Position numbers and translations under genes: made by a program. Below are positions 61,683 through 64,000 of a stretch of DNA of 64,000 bases, piece by piece. Numbering within the stretch: the stretch's first letter is position 1; every line of letters starts with the position of its first letter. Below the pieces are notes generated by a model. The model was not told where the DNA came from, made no database searches, and saw only the letters and a program-made list of their open reading frames with translations. The stretch comes from Klebsiella phage KpLz-2_45, in sequence record MN871446.1, one strand, 5' to 3'.

Positions 61683-63989
61683 ATGAATATTATTTCGATG
61701 CCATCCAATCAGTTTAGATTGATCGATAGCGGGAGAGCCGCCAACTCAGGCTCTTTGTATATCGGCAAGATTAATACTGACCCCACGGTGCTAAGTAATC
61801 AATTGACAGTAACCGCAATGAAAACAGACGGTACGGTATCTACTATTTCACAACCCATTGCTCTAAACAGCAATGGGATACCTGTTGATAATTTAGGTAA
61901 CACAGTTACTCTTTCGGTAGAAACGCATTACAGCGTGACGATTTTAGACGCCTACGGGAAAATTCAACAGAATATACCTGTAAATTTTGTTGAAGAAATA
62001 GGGAGTTTTGCCGCTCTCCGCGCGCTGCCGGTTTTCAGAACAGGGCAAAAAATTTATTTGCGCAGTTGGCATGAAGGTCAAGCTTTAGGTGGAGGGGAAT
62101 TTGTGGGTTTCACCGGATCAGCTACAGATGACGGTGGTGTAATCGCGGCAGGAAACGGATTTTATTGGCAGCGCGTAGAGAGATTATCACTAGATTTAAC
62201 AATGTTTGGTGCAATCCCGAATTCAATATCACCTACTTTTGATTCGACAAATTATGTCCAAAAAGCATTTGATTACGCATCAAAAGCCTCGGCGAGTGAA
62301 ATTACTGTTTCTGGCTTTTATAATATTTTCAGCACAACTACTACTTTAACGCTTCCTGGAGATGACGGTACTGTTTATCCGGGATGGGTAAATAACGGGG
62401 ACAGTAATCTCTCACCGGAGACTATTTACACGCAACCAGTGTGCCTTAAATTAACTGGTAGAGTAACTATTCGCGGATCAGATGTAAATAAAGACGGATT
62501 TGTAGGGAATTGGTCAATAAATTCGTCTCCTATAGATACCGATCAGCCGATTGGTATTCTTTTTACTGCTGGGAGTAAATATCAAGGGACTGTAATATAT
62601 AATTTAATTAATATCAATATTTCTAATTTCTTTATAGGTAGAGTAGTAGAAGGAACGGCAGAACAATCCTTTGAACAAATTAAAGTTTCTAATTGCGCCA
62701 TAGCCGGTATATTTCAGGGCATTGAACGTTGTTCTGCCGGAACCTTACATTTCTCAGGTAACTACACAGGAGATATTCACGGTGGTTGGTGGACGCAAAG
62801 AAATGATAGTAACAATAACCCGTATTTACCGCCGTATCCAGCGACAGACGTATGGTCATTAGGTTGGACCGATTTTTATAAAGTTGATTTTGTTGTTTAT
62901 GGGCAAGTTGATCAAGCTTTCGGTGATCGACATAAGAGTGTTGATACTTATTTTGATACTTATTTCTACAAAAACGCCAATAGTGCAAAAACTTCGGCAG
63001 GCGGGAGATTATCTAATAATACCGGCGGGACAGCTTCAAAAATGAGCCCTTATCGTGGGGTAGTAGGGAGAGTCCTTACTGTTTATTCTCGCTACGGTCG
63101 CGCAGCTGCTTCTTACGAAATTAAATCAGTCAAAGTTTTAGGCCCTCATAGAGCACCGTTTTTCTTTAATAACGAGAATGGGATAGTGACGTATCTTTGT
63201 TCTATCAATAATATTTATCTAGAGGGCGTTGGTTTAATTCAACGTTCTTTGGGTTCTTCTGCGACTGGAAATTTCTTTGGTGTTGATAATCGAGATGTTT
63301 ATAGACCCGAAGGTTATGGTATCGGTTATTTAGTTGCACACGGGTTCAATTCTGACAAGGTGGTACTCTCGTCAAACTGTCAACTAGCTGCATATTCTGC
63401 CAATGGGATAGGGACGAATAACCCGCTTTCGGTTTCTATTACATATCCTAGTAAAGGAGCAAAACAAACCAGAGATCCGTTTTTAGTTTCAATTTTTGAT
63501 GAAAACGGTTATCGGATAATAGGTAGTATTAATGAAAGTCGTGCGATACTGCCTCATGGTTCGTTGGGTTCTTACGAGGATTTTGTCTATGCTGGAAAAA
63601 TAAGTTTTATCCCAACGCTTTTTGTAAATGGGGTTGAATATACTAATTTAGAAACTGCTGTAGGTACAGGTAAGATTGTAGGTAAAATTTTCTTCTTCTC
63701 CCTAAAACTATTTAAAAACGGCGCGTTGGCTTACCCTTCTGGTCCAATAACTATAGGTAACTTACCTGTAAGTGTTGCAAGTGGCGGTAATTCGATTTCA
63801 AGTATCGAGGTTAAAAACATTATCGGCGCGACTGATGCAATGAATTTAAAGGCAAGTATTACAAATACGACCTTAAAAATTTTAAGCGGAGTCTCGGCAA
63901 CCACGTTTAACGCGGCAAACCTGAACACTAGTGCTGGAAATGCGCCTTATATTTACTACGATGTAGCGGGGTATTATGAGATAGCTTAA
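61683..63989 (+). CDS. second tailspike or tail fibre 768 aa
   Basis: Asn/Gly/Thr/Ser-rich beta-helix-like repeats; N-terminal domain distinct from 42349-44586 but similar layout; LDLTMFGAIPNSISPTFDSTNYVQKAFDYA resembles the pectate-lyase-fold entry motif. Confidence 0.6.
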   Translation: MNIISMPSNQFRLIDSGRAANSGSLYIGKINTDPTVLSNQLTVTAMKTDGTVSTISQPIALNSNGIPVDNLGNTVTLSVETHYSVTILDAYGKIQQNIPVNFVEEIGSFAALRALPVFRTGQKIYLRSWHEGQALGGGEFVGFTGSATDDGGVIAAGNGFYWQRVERLSLDLTMFGAIPNSISPTFDSTNYVQKAFDYASKASASEITVSGFYNIFSTTTTLTLPGDDGTVYPGWVNNGDSNLSPETIYTQPVCLKLTGRVTIRGSDVNKDGFVGNWSINSSPIDTDQPIGILFTAGSKYQGTVIYNLININISNFFIGRVVEGTAEQSFEQIKVSNCAIAGIFQGIERCSAGTLHFSGNYTGDIHGGWWTQRNDSNNNPYLPPYPATDVWSLGWTDFYKVDFVVYGQVDQAFGDRHKSVDTYFDTYFYKNANSAKTSAGGRLSNNTGGTASKMSPYRGVVGRVLTVYSRYGRAAASYEIKSVKVLGPHRAPFFFNNENGIVTYLCSINNIYLEGVGLIQRSLGSSATGNFFGVDNRDVYRPEGYGIGYLVAHGFNSDKVVLSSNCQLAAYSANGIGTNNPLSVSITYPSKGAKQTRDPFLVSIFDENGYRIIGSINESRAILPHGSLGSYEDFVYAGKISFIPTLFVNGVEYTNLETAVGTGKIVGKIFFFSLKLFKNGALAYPSGPITIGNLPVSVASGGNSISSIEVKNIIGATDAMNLKASITNTTLKILSGVSATTFNAANLNTSAGNAPYIYYDVAGYYEIA

Positions 63990-64000
63990 AGAAAAAAAAA

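Noticed and set aside
62689-62988. 99-aa minus-strand ORF inside tailspike 2
   Set aside because: It is embedded antisense in a 768-aa gene with coherent beta-helix repeats. It has no translation signals and is likely spurious.
1-64000. Searched for tRNA genes, CRISPR repeats, integrase or repressor genes, IS elements and reverse transcriptases
   Set aside because: No T-arm GTTCRANYC motifs appear in intergenic gaps. No regularly spaced direct repeats of 28-37 bp. No tyrosine or serine recombinase, transposase or reverse-transcriptase motifs. The only AlpA-like HTH (51788-51925) sits in a lytic-phage context, so it is not evidence of a prophage or mobile element.

Overview
The window reads as a contiguous piece of a large, virulent double-stranded DNA phage of enterobacteria, with no host genes. 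It is densely packed, mostly minus-strand genes separated by stem-loop terminators with T-runs, at roughly 45% GC by eye. No integrase, repressor, tRNA, rRNA, CRISPR array or transposable element is visible. Recognisable proteins: a large terminase (730 aa) inside a leftward module of very large virion proteins; a rightward pair of highly expressed structural genes (689 aa and 291 aa, possibly tail sheath and tube) followed by a modular endolysin and a 41-aa membrane peptide; two tailspikes with a right-handed beta-helix (at 42.3 kb and 61.7 kb); thymidine kinase; PhoH; dihydrofolate reductase; ribose-phosphate pyrophosphokinase; nicotinamide phosphoribosyltransferase; a DHH/DHHA1 phosphoesterase; an NT5C-like HAD nucleotidase; a RelA/SpoT-type HD alarmone hydrolase; a signal-peptide lytic transglycosylase; and a two-gene glycosyltransferase operon (GT2-like and GT25-like). 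This gene set and the modular endolysin are consistent with rV5-like or PVP-SE1-like myoviruses, but that assignment comes from memory of gene content, not a search. Most remaining genes are small ORFs of unknown function. Several features stand out as worth follow-up. (1) A roughly 60-75 bp intergenic cassette recurs at least five times, containing an A/T-run, ATGTATATAT, GTGA, AGGAAAG, a small hairpin and an AACTAAACC leader. (2) Seven consecutive tiny membrane-protein genes lie in one operon, and at least ten Sec-signal-peptide proteins plus one lipoprotein are scattered through the window. (3) A DHH phosphoesterase, an unknown protein and an NT5C-like nucleotidase form a three-gene operon. 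(4) An HD alarmone-hydrolase gene overlaps a gene for a protein with a putative Cys-His fold. (5) An early-promoter-driven glycosyltransferase pair is present. (6) Nicotinamide phosphoribosyltransferase and ribose-phosphate pyrophosphokinase form an NAD+ salvage pair. All functional calls rest on motifs read by eye, and none was confirmed by a search.
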